Source of the DNA: Eledone cirrhosa
Lineage: Eukaryota
DNA length: 64,000 nt
Direction of reading: 5' to 3'
Assembly: GCA_964016885.1 (NCBI GenBank)
Contig: OZ024750.1
Span: 33,294,001-33,358,000, forward strand
Below the pieces are notes generated by a model. The model saw nothing but the letters and a program-made list of their open reading frames with translations. It made no database searches and was not told the DNA's origin. Both the position numbers and the translations under genes were made by a program. The stretch's first letter is position 1. The number at the start of each line of letters is the position of its first letter. Positions 1-14,003 of the stretch are shown one piece after another.

Positions 1-296
1 TCTTGAGAAGCTAGGCTTCACAGGAACAGAAAGAACACAGCTAGTTAGGAAATTACAAGTACAATCCATTAATGGAACAGTAAGAATATGTAAAACATTC
101 CAAAAATTGTGCATCTAATAACGGCATATACACATGTACAGATATAAAGCATATACACATGCACACATACAACTCAAAACATACACATCGACGCATACAA
201 TAACATCCATGCATGCATACATAATCTAATTTTTAAGTTAGAAACCGACCCTCTCTGTATTGGGAAGAAATTTGTGAGATTATAAAACCAGAAGAA
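1..296 (+). mobile_element. 3' end of a restriction-like endonuclease (RLE) non-LTR retrotransposon ending in (CATA)n
   Basis: Frame 2..118 reads LEKLGFTGTERTQLVRKLQVQSINGTVRICKTFQKLCI*, resembling the C-terminal LxxLG..LQ...G.xxI tail of RLE LINEs. A ~180-nt 3' UTR then runs into (CATA)n. Confidence 0.55.
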
Positions 297-370
297 CATA
301 CATACACACATACATACATACATACATACATACATACATACATACATACATACATACATACATACATACA
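297..370. repeat. (CATA)n microsatellite; a second tract lies at 949-1031
   Basis: Directly visible tetranucleotide repeat. Confidence 0.95.
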
Positions 371-948
371 TGGTGGCTGCCAACTCGTTTTCGAGTACGG
401 CCACTACTTTATATCCATGTAGGAGAACCCCTACCGATGCGCTGAACGAGTGTGACTTTTTAGTCCAGCCAGCGACTTTAAAACTCTGGTACAAACACTA
501 CACTTGTGACAATTACTGACACATAGTGCTGGGCCCATGGTACCATGTGATGACAAGTGCAGAGAGATCTCCAGATATAACGCAATCCCTGTGCCGTGAA
601 GCTTTTATAGTGAGCAAAGGCACTGCACAAAGCCAATCCCACTCTCTTAACCAAGATGATATTTACCAAAAAGAAGAACAAGTCAACATCATTGGATACC
701 ATCAGGGTTGCAGGTGTTATATCAGAGTTTTCCTTCTCCTAGAATTCTGCCTTGACAAAGGCTAAGGGGTCATCTCTCCCGGTGATTTTGGATGGCCATT
801 GACTCTTAAGAGCTCCTTTGCCCTTTGACAGGTTTTGTTTTTAGTCCTGCAGGATGTCCAAAGTCACCCTCCTCACCAAGAAACCTTGGTAGGGTTGCCA
901 GTTCAGTTTAGTCGCCAACGACCCGACCATGGGACAGGTTGTACTGGG
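371..948 (-). mobile_element. RTE-clade LINE 5' UTR-like fragment inserted in (CATA)n
   Basis: Minus strand carries CTAGGAGAAGGAAAACTCTGA and GTCG..GGCGACTAA, motifs I recall from RTE-clade 5' UTRs. Flanked on both sides by (CATA)n. Confidence 0.5.
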
Positions 949-1001
949 ATACATACATACATACATACATACATACATACATACATACATACATACATAC
1001 A

Positions 1002-1032
<31 letters not shown>

Positions 1033-1595
1033 TTTACATTGAGTGAGCCGTTCACACATAATGTATATTGATATTAATCTATTTCAATCCCATCGAAAAC
1101 ATTTTCACATAGAAACAAACACTCACACACAATTTTGCTGGAACACACATATATAGCAAATCATATTATATGTATGTGACTGTGTGTTATTTATGGTGGA
1201 ACGATTCTCTAGCCATAACAAGTCTTACTGTTTTTACATCAATAAATTCTACATGCCCACCAGCGTTTTTAGACCTACTCGATTACGTCTTGTAAATTTG
1301 TTTCCAGCTTAATACTATTAACAATTATAGTTTTATCATGCCAAATATGGTGTTTGACGAATGTAGAGGAGGTCTGTTCCGGCAGGCATTATGCTGGAAA
1401 GTTCACGACTTACCACTGTTTAAAACAGCTGCGCATATATTTATTAATTTTCCTGGAATCTGATTAGACACATATTTGTTATATTTGACGAGAGGCACTC
1501 TGTAACAATACCCAAAATTTACAAATGAGAGAATTAGCGTAATTTACAAAAATTATATATATATCTTTGTGCGTGTATCTACGTCTGTATATGTA

Positions 1596-1798
<203 letters not shown>

Positions 1799-1875
1799 CT
1801 GTGTGTGTGTGTGTATATGTATATATATATATATTTATTATTATTATTATGTAATAAACAACATAAGGCAATTAT

Positions 1876-1933
1876 TCCATTTACCAGTGGTTTCTTAAAA
1901 GCAAAAGGTTTTGCTTTCAATCCTCAGAATGAA
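1876..1933 (-). ncRNA. Type I hammerhead ribozyme
   Basis: UUCAUU-CUGAGGA-[UUGAAAGCAAAA cc UUUUGCUUUUAA]-GAAA-CCACUGG-UA-AAUGGA: 6-bp stem I, ~12-bp stem II, GUA site. Confidence 0.85.
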
Positions 1934-2274
1934 AAAATCCTGGTTTGTTTATTGAATTTGGATTTTAAAAACAAAAATACAATCTATATGAAAGTGAGGC
2001 TGGAGAAGGAAGAAGGAAAGGAAAAATAAAATAAAACTACACATGCAAACACACACACAAAAAAAACCAGAAGCATACTTACACACACATACATATATAC
2101 ATATATATATGTACGCATACATATATACATATACACATATATATAAAACGTACACTCACATACACATACACATATATACACACATATATACACATACATA
2201 CATTAATACATATACACACACACACATACACACACACACACACACGCATACACACACACACATATATATATATG

Positions 2275-2316
<42 letters not shown>

Positions 2317-2735
2317 CACACATACACATACACACACATACACATGTGTGTACAAGCATACACATACACAAACATAGCCATACACGCACACATATATATA
2401 CACATACATACATTCACACAAACATACAAAACGTACATACATACACATACATGAATGCACTCCTCTACATATTCACACACGCAAATAAATATAAGAAAAA
2501 AATATATATATATATTAAAAATTTTTTGACACCGATACAAGACCCAGCTAACAGGACAGACACGCGTGGTAAGTAATACACACAAAAGCACGTATACATA
2601 CGTACGAAATAGTAAACACATACACACACTCTCACACATAAATATACATAAACAAATACAAAAACACATACATACACATACATACACAAACACGCACACG
2701 TATATAATATAAACACACACACATGTATATGTAAT

Positions 2736-2767
<32 letters not shown>

Positions 2768-2840
2768 ACCACACACACACATATACATAAAAATAAATAC
2801 ACACACACATATACATACATACATATATACACATATATAT

Positions 2841-3616
2841 ATAGAAGGGTAAAAATCGACAATGTCAAATTGGGTAAATCTACACTTATTTTTACCTTGT
2901 ATATTATTGAACCAAGAAATAACAGAGGAAGTATTTAGCCACTGTGAAAGGTCAGTGTTAGTTCTAATTTGGAGAATTATTTTTCTTAAGATTTTCTTAC
3001 TAGCAAGGCCAACCTCGGATTTAGCCGGGTTAATCAGTCTACAACTAGGTCGATTAGTAAAGTCCAATTTATGGTCTTTAAGGGTAATATATTCTTTACG
3101 CTTAGCTAAGCTTTCAATCCGGTTATCTATTTGTAAAGAACTAGCTAGTTCTTTAGCTTCTTTATTGATAGTATTGTAGCTATTATTATTAGTTAATTGA
3201 TATTTATTGGTAATACTATTAGTTAAAAGTTGGTTATACAAATTACTATTAACTTCAAAGAGGTTTTTAGTTTTATCAGAAAGAACGAAAGTGTTTGTAG
3301 AATTTCTAAAATTAGAAATATCGTTAGAAAGTTTAGTTTGAAAGTTATTATTGTACTTACGAAATTTGATATCACTAATTAGATTAACGAGGTCTAATTC
3401 GAAGTTGGCCATGTCTTTAATTCTAGGTGGATATTTACGGGATTTAATGTCAAAACAATCTTTAGTATCAGCGCTGAATAGTCCACCGTAAACCATTGCC
3501 TTCCATCTCATTCTTTTAACGACTTGTTCGATTTTATCTATGAGGATTTTGGTGTAAGTAGTGTTGGAAGGAGTGGGTATATTTTTGATAGAATAATCCA
3601 AATCATAAAGGTCCAT
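2841..3616 (-). pseudogene. N-terminal part of PLE reverse transcriptase ORF, truncated at RT motif A
   Basis: YSIKNIPTP, KRMRWKA, SDKTKN, ITLKDHK..CRLINPAKSEVG, FDIVDFYPSI, then runs into microsatellite. Confidence 0.85.
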
Positions 3617-4139
3617 GGTGTATGTTGGTTAAATTCCTGAAAACTGTAGAGTGCTCAACTAATCGGGCTGGAAATATATATGTGTGTGTGTGTGTGTGTG
3701 TGTATTCTTTCTTATTAGTAGTTTTCGTTTCTTTTGAAAAAGCAGAGATGAAAGGTTTATTTTCTCGTTAACAATTACAAGACGCCATATTAATATTTCC
3801 CTTAATATATATTCAATACCCACTGACCAATATATAAGGAAGCATTAAATCAAATTGTCATTCGTTTCAACAGTAACATGTATTCCTATAATATTTATTC
3901 ATTTAATATTCGCTCACAACTTGTTTCTTCATTGTGGAACGAACTGTTTATATAGATATCGGTAATATAACGCATAAAGGGTAAAGACCCGCTTTGGTTA
4001 CGAATGGCCATGGAATTTGCACCTAGAAAGTTCCCCTCTCCACAGCAGCGATGTTGTCCAAGAGGAAGACAATGGCCGATACAGCTTGGCACTAGTAAGC
4101 CATGCGCCTTTACGATATAAAGCATATGTATGTATAATT

Positions 4140-4232
4140 AAGGCGGCGAATTTGCAGAGCCTTAAGAACGTCGGATAGAATGCTTTATGGTATTCGTTAT
4201 GGCTTTCTGCTCTCTGAGTTCAAATCCCGTCA
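4140..4232 (+). mobile_element. tRNA-derived SINE family A, partial; another partial copy at ~4690-4830
   Basis: GGCGG..GCAGA head and GAGTTCAAATCCC B-box shared with the other copies. Confidence 0.7.
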
Positions 4233-4910
4233 ATATGGCGCCCCCACCTACCACTCTATCGGAAGTTACGGGACCATACATTTATATATAATTAAGATAA
4301 AGTAAGGTTCCACATTTTATTCACGGAATTGTTGTTAAATGTGATTCAAAATCTTCCTATAATTCCTCACTTCTATTTTTTTATTTATACGGCTACTTAT
4401 GAGGAATTGAGAGAGGGGAGGTTGAATTTATTACAATATATTTCTGATAATGTATTGCCTCTAGTGTTATAGAAATAGGGGGTAGATAATCAGGCAATTG
4501 ATAATTACGAGACATCAGGATAAAAATAAATATAGGAAAGTATAAATGTGCTATTTTGAAATTATAATTAGAGTTTATAATGATATCTTATAGATAATTA
4601 TTAATTAGAAAGACTACTAAATTTATTGGTATAATTAAGGTTATCATAAAAGGGAAATCATTTTCTGAAGATAATCTGATTTCTTCATTAGTAGAGCTGT
4701 TAGAAGGTCGGATAGAATGCTTTGCGGTATTCGTTGCGGCTTTCTGCTCCCTGAGTTCAAATCCTGTCGAGTCAACTTTGTCTTTTATCCTTTCAAGGTC
4801 TACAAAAAAACCTACTTTAGTACTGAGGTTTAATCTTCCTCTGTATCTCTTTTTTTGAATTCAAAACGTAGATGGACATAACCATATACTGCAAGACATC
4901 TTGTCTTCAA

Positions 4911-4971
<61 letters not shown>

Positions 4972-5000
4972 CGTGTGTGTGGTCGGTCAAGGTGATCAAG

Positions 5001-5097
<97 letters not shown>

Positions 5098-5219
5098 CAT
5101 AGATCTATATGATATACATACCAACACAAACATATATATCCTAGAAACGATCGTAAAATGATGAATTTTTTAATATAAGGAACTGTTTCTTTGTTTTTAT
5201 TCCTTATTTTTATTAATTT

Positions 5220-5278
<59 letters not shown>

Positions 5279-5375
5279 TATGTAAAGGGTAAACAGAAAT
5301 AACAACACAATCGATACAGTATATAATAGAAGGGATATATTAAGTTAACGTTTGATATAGCAGGAAGAGGGACAT

Positions 5376-5403
5376 AACGTTTCGGACGCTAGTCCTTCAT
5401 CAG
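5376..5403 (-). ncRNA. Degenerate minimal hammerhead
   Basis: CUGAUGA-a-GGAC uagc GUCC-GAAA-CG-UU. Core and stem II are intact but stem I does not pair. Confidence 0.45.
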
Positions 5404-6485
5404 AAGAAAGAATGAGAAATAAGATATATTGAGGGGACGGGCGGGATGGAATTGGAAATAATGTCTTTAGATAAAAATAGACCATGCATGTGATATAATA
5501 TTTATAATATTTATCTTTCTACCTTTGTAAATATTGATACCATATTTATAGTCGACAGAATGTGTATGTGACATAAATGTTGGTCACTCTGCATGCGATA
5601 TAATAATATAATGTGAAATAGTAATCTCATTACACATATACAAGAGGTTGTAATGACATGACAAATGGATCTTCATTTTCTGCTCACCTCATATACAGCT
5701 ACATCTAATTAGGCATGTGTATATTATTTATATATAATCCTTTCACTGGAGTTTTTTTTTTTTTTTGCACATCTCATAAAATGTAGCATGCTATCACTAA
5801 ATACAATATAAAATGATTATGAAACATTCTGCTTTATAGAATTTATTGTGTAACGCTTTCGTCTTCGACTTTCTCAAGCGGATAAGCGATGCTAGTAAGA
5901 TAAATTGGCTACGAATTCAAGGAAATATTTACATGGAGTCAATTTCTATTTTGTTTTTTGTTTTGTTTTTTATATTATTCACCCGCCCTTACTATATGAA
6001 TATTCAATATTTACTGAGACTCAACACCTGTTTCTAGAACAAGAAAGGAAAATAACAAATTGTTACACGAATAAAAAAATTGAGAAAGCATTTGAAAACA
6101 TGGAATAGAACAAACAATCCTTAAAATGAGAATATGTAAATTTTTACATGACATTACAAATAAGCGTTTTCTCCCATATTAACTTAACATCGACATTTTT
6201 ATAATCAATATTTACGCAGTGAAGGTCACAATGGCCTACCTTGTTGTTTCTTTCATCTCTCACTTTAGGATTAAATTTAATAGGTAGCAAATAATGAGAA
6301 CAATGATAAAATGATATACTATTCCCTCCATATTGTCATCTTACTGACAGCGATTTACTACTTACTACAAAACTTTCCTTTCTGGATTCAAAAGTAGAAG
6401 ACTTGATTTTGTGGAACTGTAATATAAAAGGGGCGTTACATTAGAAATAGCTCTTTCCTGTATGAATTGAAAACATTATTATACT

Positions 6486-7005
6486 GCCCCTTTACGGTCA
6501 GAGTTCAAATCCCGTCGAGGTTAACTTTACCTTTCATCCTTACGGGGTCGATAAAATAAAGTACCAGTAATGCACTGGTTAATTGCTGGCCTTGTGCCAA
6601 AAGTAGAAACAATTATTATACTATAAGAAAGGTGGTGGATTGGCAGTATTGGTAGAGCGTCAGACGCCATGTTTTGCAGCATAGGGTTACGCCCTTTAAG
6701 GTTCTGGTTTCAAATCCCGCCGAAGTTAACTTTGCTTTTCATCCTTACGGAGTCGATAAAAGAAAAAGAAAAGAAAATAAAGTACCAGTAATACACTGAG
6801 ATAATTTCTGGTAATTCATGATAGTATCGGTAGAGGGTCGGACGCCATGCTTTGACGCATAGAGTTACGGCCCTTGCCATTCTGAGTTCAAATCTCGCCG
6901 AGGTTAACTTTGCCTTTCATCCTTACGGGGTCGATAAAATAAAGTACCAGTAATGCACTGGGTAATTTTCTGGCCTTGTGCCAAAAGTAGAAACAATTAT
7001 TATAC
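6486..7005 (+). mobile_element. Three tandem copies of SINE family A
   Basis: Repeated GAGTTCAAATCCCGCCGAGGTTAACTTTGCCTTTCATCCTTACGGGGTCGATAAAATAAAGTACCAG..GGCCTTGTGCCAAAAGTAGAAACAATTATT. Confidence 0.9.
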
Positions 7006-8091
7006 TACGATATACAATAGATAATTATTGTGTAGAATTAATTGCTCATCAGCAGGTTTCTTGTTTCTTACCGATGAAAGCTGCTGATCAGCTGTTCACG
7101 TATTTAAACCCATCTATTTATCTCAACTGTGTGTTTGGAAAAAGGCCTTAATACATGTTTTCTCTGATACGTTCGAATTGATTGAATCAATTGAAAAGAT
7201 CCCTGACCTCACAAGTTTACCGAGTGGAATGGAACTCGTCAAATTGGACCATTGAAACGATGTTTCCATTCGTCTTTCCATTGCTGATACTATCTCCCAG
7301 TCATAACTCCAGGCACACCTCCTGTTATGTTAGTGTCCAGTATTATATATGATAGCACCATAATACAACTTTGCTAAGCTTTGTCACCTTCGATTCAACC
7401 TGAAACAGGTCATATGTTCTAAAACGGGCGCAATCGTTAATTCCCTTGGCATGGATAAAACTTCCAAATTACATTATTCCTTTGAAATATGTTTGATCTT
7501 TCAAACCTTTTCTTACTAGAAAATTTATGTCTATTGAGAAACCCATCTATACTAACTGCATTTGAGTTATTAGATAGAGTAGTGCTTTGATGTACACACT
7601 TCTAAAACTGTATTATTATAAATAAATATATAACTATATTATAAGAATAGAATTATATAAAATAATTATATTATGTTTATTAAAGTACATTGCAGCTGTA
7701 GTTGCATGAGAATTATTTTTATTGATATTTCAAAGTTTGTTCTACTAAACAAAATTTAAATTCTGAAATAAATCACTGCCAACTCAATGGCGAATCTATT
7801 TGTAATTACCGAATACGTCTCATTTAACTACAAATATGATTAAAAAGAAATCCCATATATTTATATATATATGTGTGTGTGTGTGTGTGTGAATCTCAGG
7901 TTTAATCGGGGAAAACCACACTAAGTAAGGTACTCAATATATTAGTAGAGTGTAAACATCAAATTTGATATAGAAATTGCTTCTACAGGCCTAGAACTGT
8001 TTCATTCCAATTTTATATTAAATTATATATATATGTATGCGCATGTGTGTGTGTGTGTGTGTGCGTGTGTGTGTGCGTGTGTGTGTGTATA

Positions 8092-8221
8092 TAGGCCCCC
8101 ATAGGCCAGTGGGGCCCATCTTTATACCCACCGCCCCATATTTTTACGATGAATTTTTCAAATGTTTGGGGCTTCATTAGCTAACTAGCACAGGGCCTCA
8201 TTTGTCCTAAATCCGGCACTG
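8092..8221. mobile_element. End of a hAT-like MITE
   Basis: Ends in TAAATCCGGCACTG, a typical CAGTGCCGGATTT-type TIR, with GGGGCCC subterminal motifs. The other end is not seen. Confidence 0.45.
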
Positions 8222-8224
8222 TGT

Positions 8225-8349
<125 letters not shown>

Positions 8350-9249
8350 TATTTTAGAAAATTGTATACTTGAAGAAATTATATAGAAAACATTTTGTTT
8401 CCTTATTTGACTAAATAATCAGAAGTATGAAAATACAGGCACGTTAGTTTGATAAACAAAGTCTTGTTCTGTGGTGTCAACGTTTTTGAAATATAGCTTG
8501 ATACTAAGTTAATCTAATCACCACACAATACTGCCAGATTCCTATAAACAAGATAAATTGTATAAACACCATTCTGGAGAATATCTTATATATGAAAGAA
8601 TGTCCACCGCTTTTAATCTAATTCGTTGCACCATAATTTCAAGAAAACATTATTCATATCTTTTCAGAGAACAATCTTTAGTATTTTTCCATCAAAACAT
8701 AAGCCCATAAAATCGATATGTCCATGCAGAAATGGGGGAATGTTCTTATCCTAAGATTTATCTATGAAATAGATTTGTTATAAGAAATGAATGCAACTGT
8801 TTTTCCAAACAATATTTCTCTGTATAACACACCATAATCAATATAATAAACAGTTACGTTATGTTTATATAAATATTGAAATATTAATGCTTTGCTAAAA
8901 ACATAACAACATTAAATGAACAGCTATTCTTGTCGCTTCTTTAATAATCAGTGGCTTACTTCCAAAGTAGTTTCATTAAAGAAGATACAAAAAAAAAGAT
9001 ATTTCTCGGTGTGTAATTATGCTATTGTTTCGTCTCAACATTTTCTAATTAGATAAATCTTGTATATATTTTCAAATGTGTCTTTTTGCCGAGTGTAGAA
9101 TTATTTTTTGAATGCTACATCTGTGTTGCTTCGTTGTGCGGCTTATTTTGTTGATTATGAAACCCCTTTGATGTTTTTTTCCGTTTGTTGTGTAAAGTAA
9201 GACTTGTATGTGTTGTGTTATAAAGTAAGACCTATGTGTGTTGATTGCG

Positions 9250-10440
9250 TTTGTGTGTGCTGCAAAAGTTTTGTAATAAACGACTGATAAGTTTCAGAAA
9301 GTCGGTTCAATGCGGTAGAAATATATAAAGAGCAAACGATGACAAATAAGATAAAATAAAATAAAGTAATGATTTCATCCAGTATATTTCATCATAATAT
9401 TTCGGGTCTAAAACCCTCTTTTCAAATGTGAAAAAGGAAGACGGCTTAAAACAAAACGAACGATCGATGTGTTGCATAGGTTTTGTGTTTAAGTGTAAGG
9501 CAGTGATATATATTACAGGGTACTGTTTGTGTATTCTATATTATTGGGTATTCATTATGTATAGTATACGTTGTGCAGGTTCCTTTTATTGTGAGTTATG
9601 TGTTATATTATATTATGTTATTGCATGTTGATTGAGTAGATTTGATGTTGTTCGGGATTCTTATGTTTTTATATTCTTTTACCCTAGCTTTACATTTATT
9701 GAATTTCCCCAATGTTCAATACTGTGAGATGTTTTCAAATAGCGTTTTGATTAGCAATCCATTCCATGGTGCATTATTTTATTTTCTCTATTTGACGTGT
9801 TTTTTGTAAATACCAGATTTACCAGTAAATGCTCTTTAGAGCCATACATTCCTTTCTGACATGTTTTCTATCCCTTGGTAACGAAGATTTTATGTTTCCA
9901 ATAAGCAGCTAGAATGTTATAGAATAAAACTGAAAGGTTCAGAAGTTTGTTTGCAAACAAGTTATAAGCCACTATTTTGTGGAGTGAGGGAATGGATTTG
10001 GTGCGTTTTGGGAGGAAATCAATATTGCTTTTCCACCAAGTTCATTTATTGCTGTTGTCACAAATTTGTGAAGACTAAACAAGTGTTTCAGTCTCAAACT
10101 CGGGTTTTGTCAGTACGGGAGATGTGGGTTAGAGTTTTCCGAAGTTTTAACATATTGGATTTCTTGAGAATTATAGTGAATCGTTTTCAATCTAGGATAA
10201 CGTAATTGATGTAATTTGTGTACAACTTCTGAAAGATATCTGTAGGGGAAATATGAACAAGTTGGAATTCTGCGACGGAAATTGGGTTGAAGTGTTTAGA
10301 AGTGAATCTTGTAGGTGATATACCTTAAACAAGACAAGAAGAGGTGTGCACATGCAGACTGAAAATATCTGTATGTCAAACATAAGATGTCCTCTAACGA
10401 GTAGAATTTCCAGTAATATCTGGATTTCTATTCCACAGTC
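9250..10440 (-). mobile_element. Highly decayed PLE-like remnant
   Basis: Minus frame EIQILLEILLVRGHLMFDIQIF..MCTPL weakly resembles PLE RT. A hammerhead-like UUGAAAA-ga-GGGU uuuag ACCC-GAAA lies at ~9390-9425. Confidence 0.3.
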
Positions 10441-10860
10441 TTCTGGAAGGGGCCGAAATATTCGATTGAGTTGGGGGGTGGGTCTTCTCTGAATACCTTC
10501 TGCTGTCCAGCGCTCCTAAGAGTTTCTCACCACCACAAATGCTACATTGTAAGCGGTTTCCACTAATGCATAATAAGTAATAATTTCTAAAGCCGAAAGA
10601 AGTAATTTGGCCATCTTGTAAACTTTAAGTTGTAATATTACTTTCACAACCAGGTAAAAGAGATTTATGGATTAGGGAAAATGAATCGTGAAAATACATT
10701 ACACTATTCATAATCTGCTTCACTTTTCTTCTTTCTAGGTTATCCATACTTTGTGAAATATTTCATCTTTTCCATGGTTTCCTTATTAACTTTGGGGCAT
10801 ATTAAATTCAATTTCATACCAAAATCATTCCATGAAAATATTATATATCAATATAATGAA

Positions 10861-11216
10861 TGGTGTGTTCATGCGCGAAGATGTTATAAAATATAGTCTA
10901 TAAAATTGGGCGAAGAGCCTTAAAGACGGAAAAAGAAGTTGTCATTGACCGCTACGAGGAATCGAACCTCCTATCTCCCAGGTACTTGCTAGAGATACCT
11001 CATATCCCCCAAATACCTAGCTGGTATCTGGAAGGTGTGGGGTTCGCTTCTTTGTAACGGCCAATGGTAACTTCTTTTCACGTCTTTAAATGTCTATAAG
11101 CTGTTTTAAATGTCTATAAGCTGTTTTATAGCTGTTGTATAGCGTCTTTAAATGTCTATAAGCTATTTTAAATGTCTATAAGCTGTTTTATAGCATCTCC
11201 GCGCAAGAGCACACCA
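10861..11216. repeat. Imperfect inverted repeat with tRNA B-box-like arms and an internal ~20-bp tandem (AAATGTCTATAAGCTGTTTT)
   Basis: 10921-10997 is the reverse complement of ~11013-11088; 10861-10891 pairs with ~11186-11216. Confidence 0.8.
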
Positions 11217-12024
11217 CTCTTTATATTAACTTTATTCCCTCAGCGCTTGGTAAATTTCCGAGAGATCAACTACATATATTCGATATTTGCTTACTATTTA
11301 TCAAATTAGGATAATCGACAGGTTTCCTCAACAGAAACTTTTGCCCTGTCATAAACAAAATAGAATTTTAAATAATCATTATTTTTATCCTTCTTAGTAT
11401 TTTATAAAACTACTGAAAGAAAATAAATACCACTGTGTCGTGGTATTTATTTTCCTTTCAGTAGAAAGCAACTTTAAATATAGTTAATAGCTCTTCTTCT
11501 TTTTTTTATCTTGGTAGTATTCACAACAAAACAAGAAAAATATATCTTAATGCAGGAAATAAATTTATTATAATGGGATAAATATTTTGAAATTGGCTTT
11601 CAAATACTTATAAACTATATTTCAATTAATTGTGTTCCGTGGTATATATATCCTCCATAAGTAAAGACAATATAACGTAGATATATAAATATTTAAGTAT
11701 ATTTAGTTGTCATCATGAATTATAATTCACATTATATGAATATATCCTTATAGGTTATATTTATTTATTAGTCCTATACTACAGTTTATGCTGACAACTA
11801 TAATTACATATTCCTGTATTATTTAAATATCAAGTAAATGATCATTTTAAAGTTAATGGATACAAAAAATGTAATGGAATTGTAACTAATTTATATTTCT
11901 TCTATCAGAAATAAAGCAATTTCTGAAAATGTATTTACTATAATTCTAGGCCAAATAAACTTGTTTATTTAGATATGGTGGGTCATATAGGAGTAATATT
12001 GGTGATAAGTAAATACCAAATCCT

Positions 12025-12190
12025 TTTCTTTGGGCGTGATGTTTGGCTTCTCACAGCTGACATGGAACAAGGAATCCAGCTATTCGGGAGCAAGTACCTC
12101 AGAAGGTTACTACACATCCAGTAAACGGAGCACAAAACAATTTCGTCAGCCAGAAAGGAAACAAATAAGCTGGCAAATAGAAACCACTCC
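12025..12190 (+). mobile_element. RTE (BovB-like) LINE fragment
   Basis: ILFFGRDVWLLTADMEQGIQLFGSKYLRRLLHIQ*TEHKT matches the RTE LLYGxExW...CLRRxLxI..EHKT region. Confidence 0.7.
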
Positions 12191-12802
12191 GACGTTCTAA
12201 CGACTCTGCCAATTCACTGCACAATAACATTTATTTAAATACTTCTGTAATTAATTATGAATTTATATAACCCAGTAAATAATTTAATTATATACGGACG
12301 CTTTACTTATATATGGGTGTGTATATCCGTAAGATTATATTTCATTTTTTTTATTTGTATTCCTCTATTCATTTAACATACATGTAAATAAAATACAACC
12401 GCCAAATAGTTTATGTTGATGGCACTTCCTTTATCCGTGATATTTGTGATATTTATATTTTGGACAGTTCTTGAGTTAAATTTGAAGACATGGTATTGCG
12501 GCTATGTATTTAATATTGCAAATTTTTAGATTTGGCTGGCACGTTAACATAACAAATTATTATTGCAATATTCTAAAATTACCAAATCATTAAAACTAAC
12601 CATTATAATAATTCTAAGATCTACATAAACGCAATCTGAAGAATCATAAAAATCTATCACCTCACTCGAGAAAGATTTATATTGACATAAATAATTTACA
12701 CTATCCTATTTCCAATTACCAAATAAAATTGGCAACGAAATTCCCCTTAAATCATAGCCTCCTGTCTAAGAATGTTATATACGCATTTATTGATTACTAT
12801 AG

Positions 12803-12840
<38 letters not shown>

Positions 12841-12867
12841 ATATATATATATTTATATATATATATA

Positions 12868-13296
12868 CAGGGTGTCCAAAATCAAATGTATATACAACAC
12901 AATATTTAAAAAATGCATTAATATAAATTCTGTTTTATATGCATTATTCAAATTACGTAAAGGGCAGTGGATTGGCAGTATCGGTAGAGGGTTGGACGCC
13001 ATGCTTTCTAACATAGTTACGGCCCTTTACAGTCTCAGTTCAAATCCCACCTGAGTTAACTTTGCCTTTCATCCATATGGGGTCGATAAAATAAAGCACC
13101 AGTAATCCACTGGGATAATTTCCGGCCTTGTGCCAAAAGTAGAAACAATTATTTAAATTATGTAAACATTTTGGGGTGTTTACATACAATTGAATTATGT
13201 CTGCAGATTATTTTATTTTTGAAAAAAGCTGTGCATTCTAATAAATATTGCCTGTACAGGTAATCAGAATGTGTATACATGTTTAGGGTCACCCTG
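12868..13296. mobile_element. Tc1/mariner-type MITE interrupted by a SINE A copy (12960-13152)
   Basis: TA|CAGGGTGTCC...GGTCACCCTG|TA terminal inverted repeats with TA target duplication. Confidence 0.75.
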
Positions 13297-13784
13297 TATA
13301 ATATATATGATGAAAGAACAAGAGGTCGTTGATGGAATATTTTTGATGATGTGTCAGCTCCGTCAGAGCCTACATAGCACTAAACAATCACATTCTCTGC
13401 TACAACATACTTAAAGACCTCCTTAGAAAATCATACAAAATCGTAACTGACAAATATTAAGTCACGAAGCTTACGTAGTGTAGAATAACATTTACCCTCT
13501 GTCAAATCTGGAATTGAGTAGTTCGAAATACTGTCCACTTATTCATACTTTCTAACGAATGATTAGACTTTTATACAACTCACAATCATGCGCACAACTA
13601 TTGCTACAGACAACATAGATTTTACTTTTGCTAGAGTTTTACTAAATGTTGCTTTGTAATTTAAACTTCAAGCGCGAAAAATGCTGTCTCTAAACATCTA
13701 AACATGTACTTTATCTTACATACATCGCCAAAGATCATCTACCACAACACCACTACCCCACATAAAAAAGGCAGACATAAAAAG

Positions 13785-14003
13785 GAACGATCGACTTTCG
13801 TCAAATCGGACCGAGGGAACAATGTTTCCGTTGGTCTTTCCAATTGCTAATACTACCTATCGGTCGCAACTCCAGGTAGAAGGGCAACGTGAAATAAAGT
13901 GTCTTGATCAAGGACATAACGCATCGCCTGGTCCAGGAATTGAACTCACAACCTTACGATTGCGAATCCAATTCTCTAACCACTCAGCCACACGCCTTCA
14001 CAA
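13785..14003 (-). mobile_element. tRNA-derived SINE family B; related copies at 25220-25370 and 52110-52370
   Basis: TGGCTGAGTGGTTAG A-box, GAGTTCAATTCC B-box, then TGCGTTATGTCCTTGATCAAGACACTTTATTTCACGTTGC core. Confidence 0.8.

Larger units (their letters stand above)
1830..3673 (-). mobile_element. Internally deleted Penelope-like element (Naiad-like): 5' UTR, ORF N-terminus, TG/TA-rich 3' UTR, hammerhead
   Basis: Bounded by (TA)/(TG) tracts. The ORF starts at 3616 and is fused at ~2841 to a low-complexity UTR like that of the element at 63.2-63.6 kb. A sense-strand hammerhead lies at 1933-1876. Confidence 0.75.

Noticed and set aside
7045-7051. CUGAUGA on the minus strand (also CUGACGA near 37397)
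   Set aside because: No properly placed GAAA, stem III or stem I.
13930-14003. tRNA genes
   Set aside because: The A/B boxes are SINE heads continuing into SINE cores; no intact cloverleaf.
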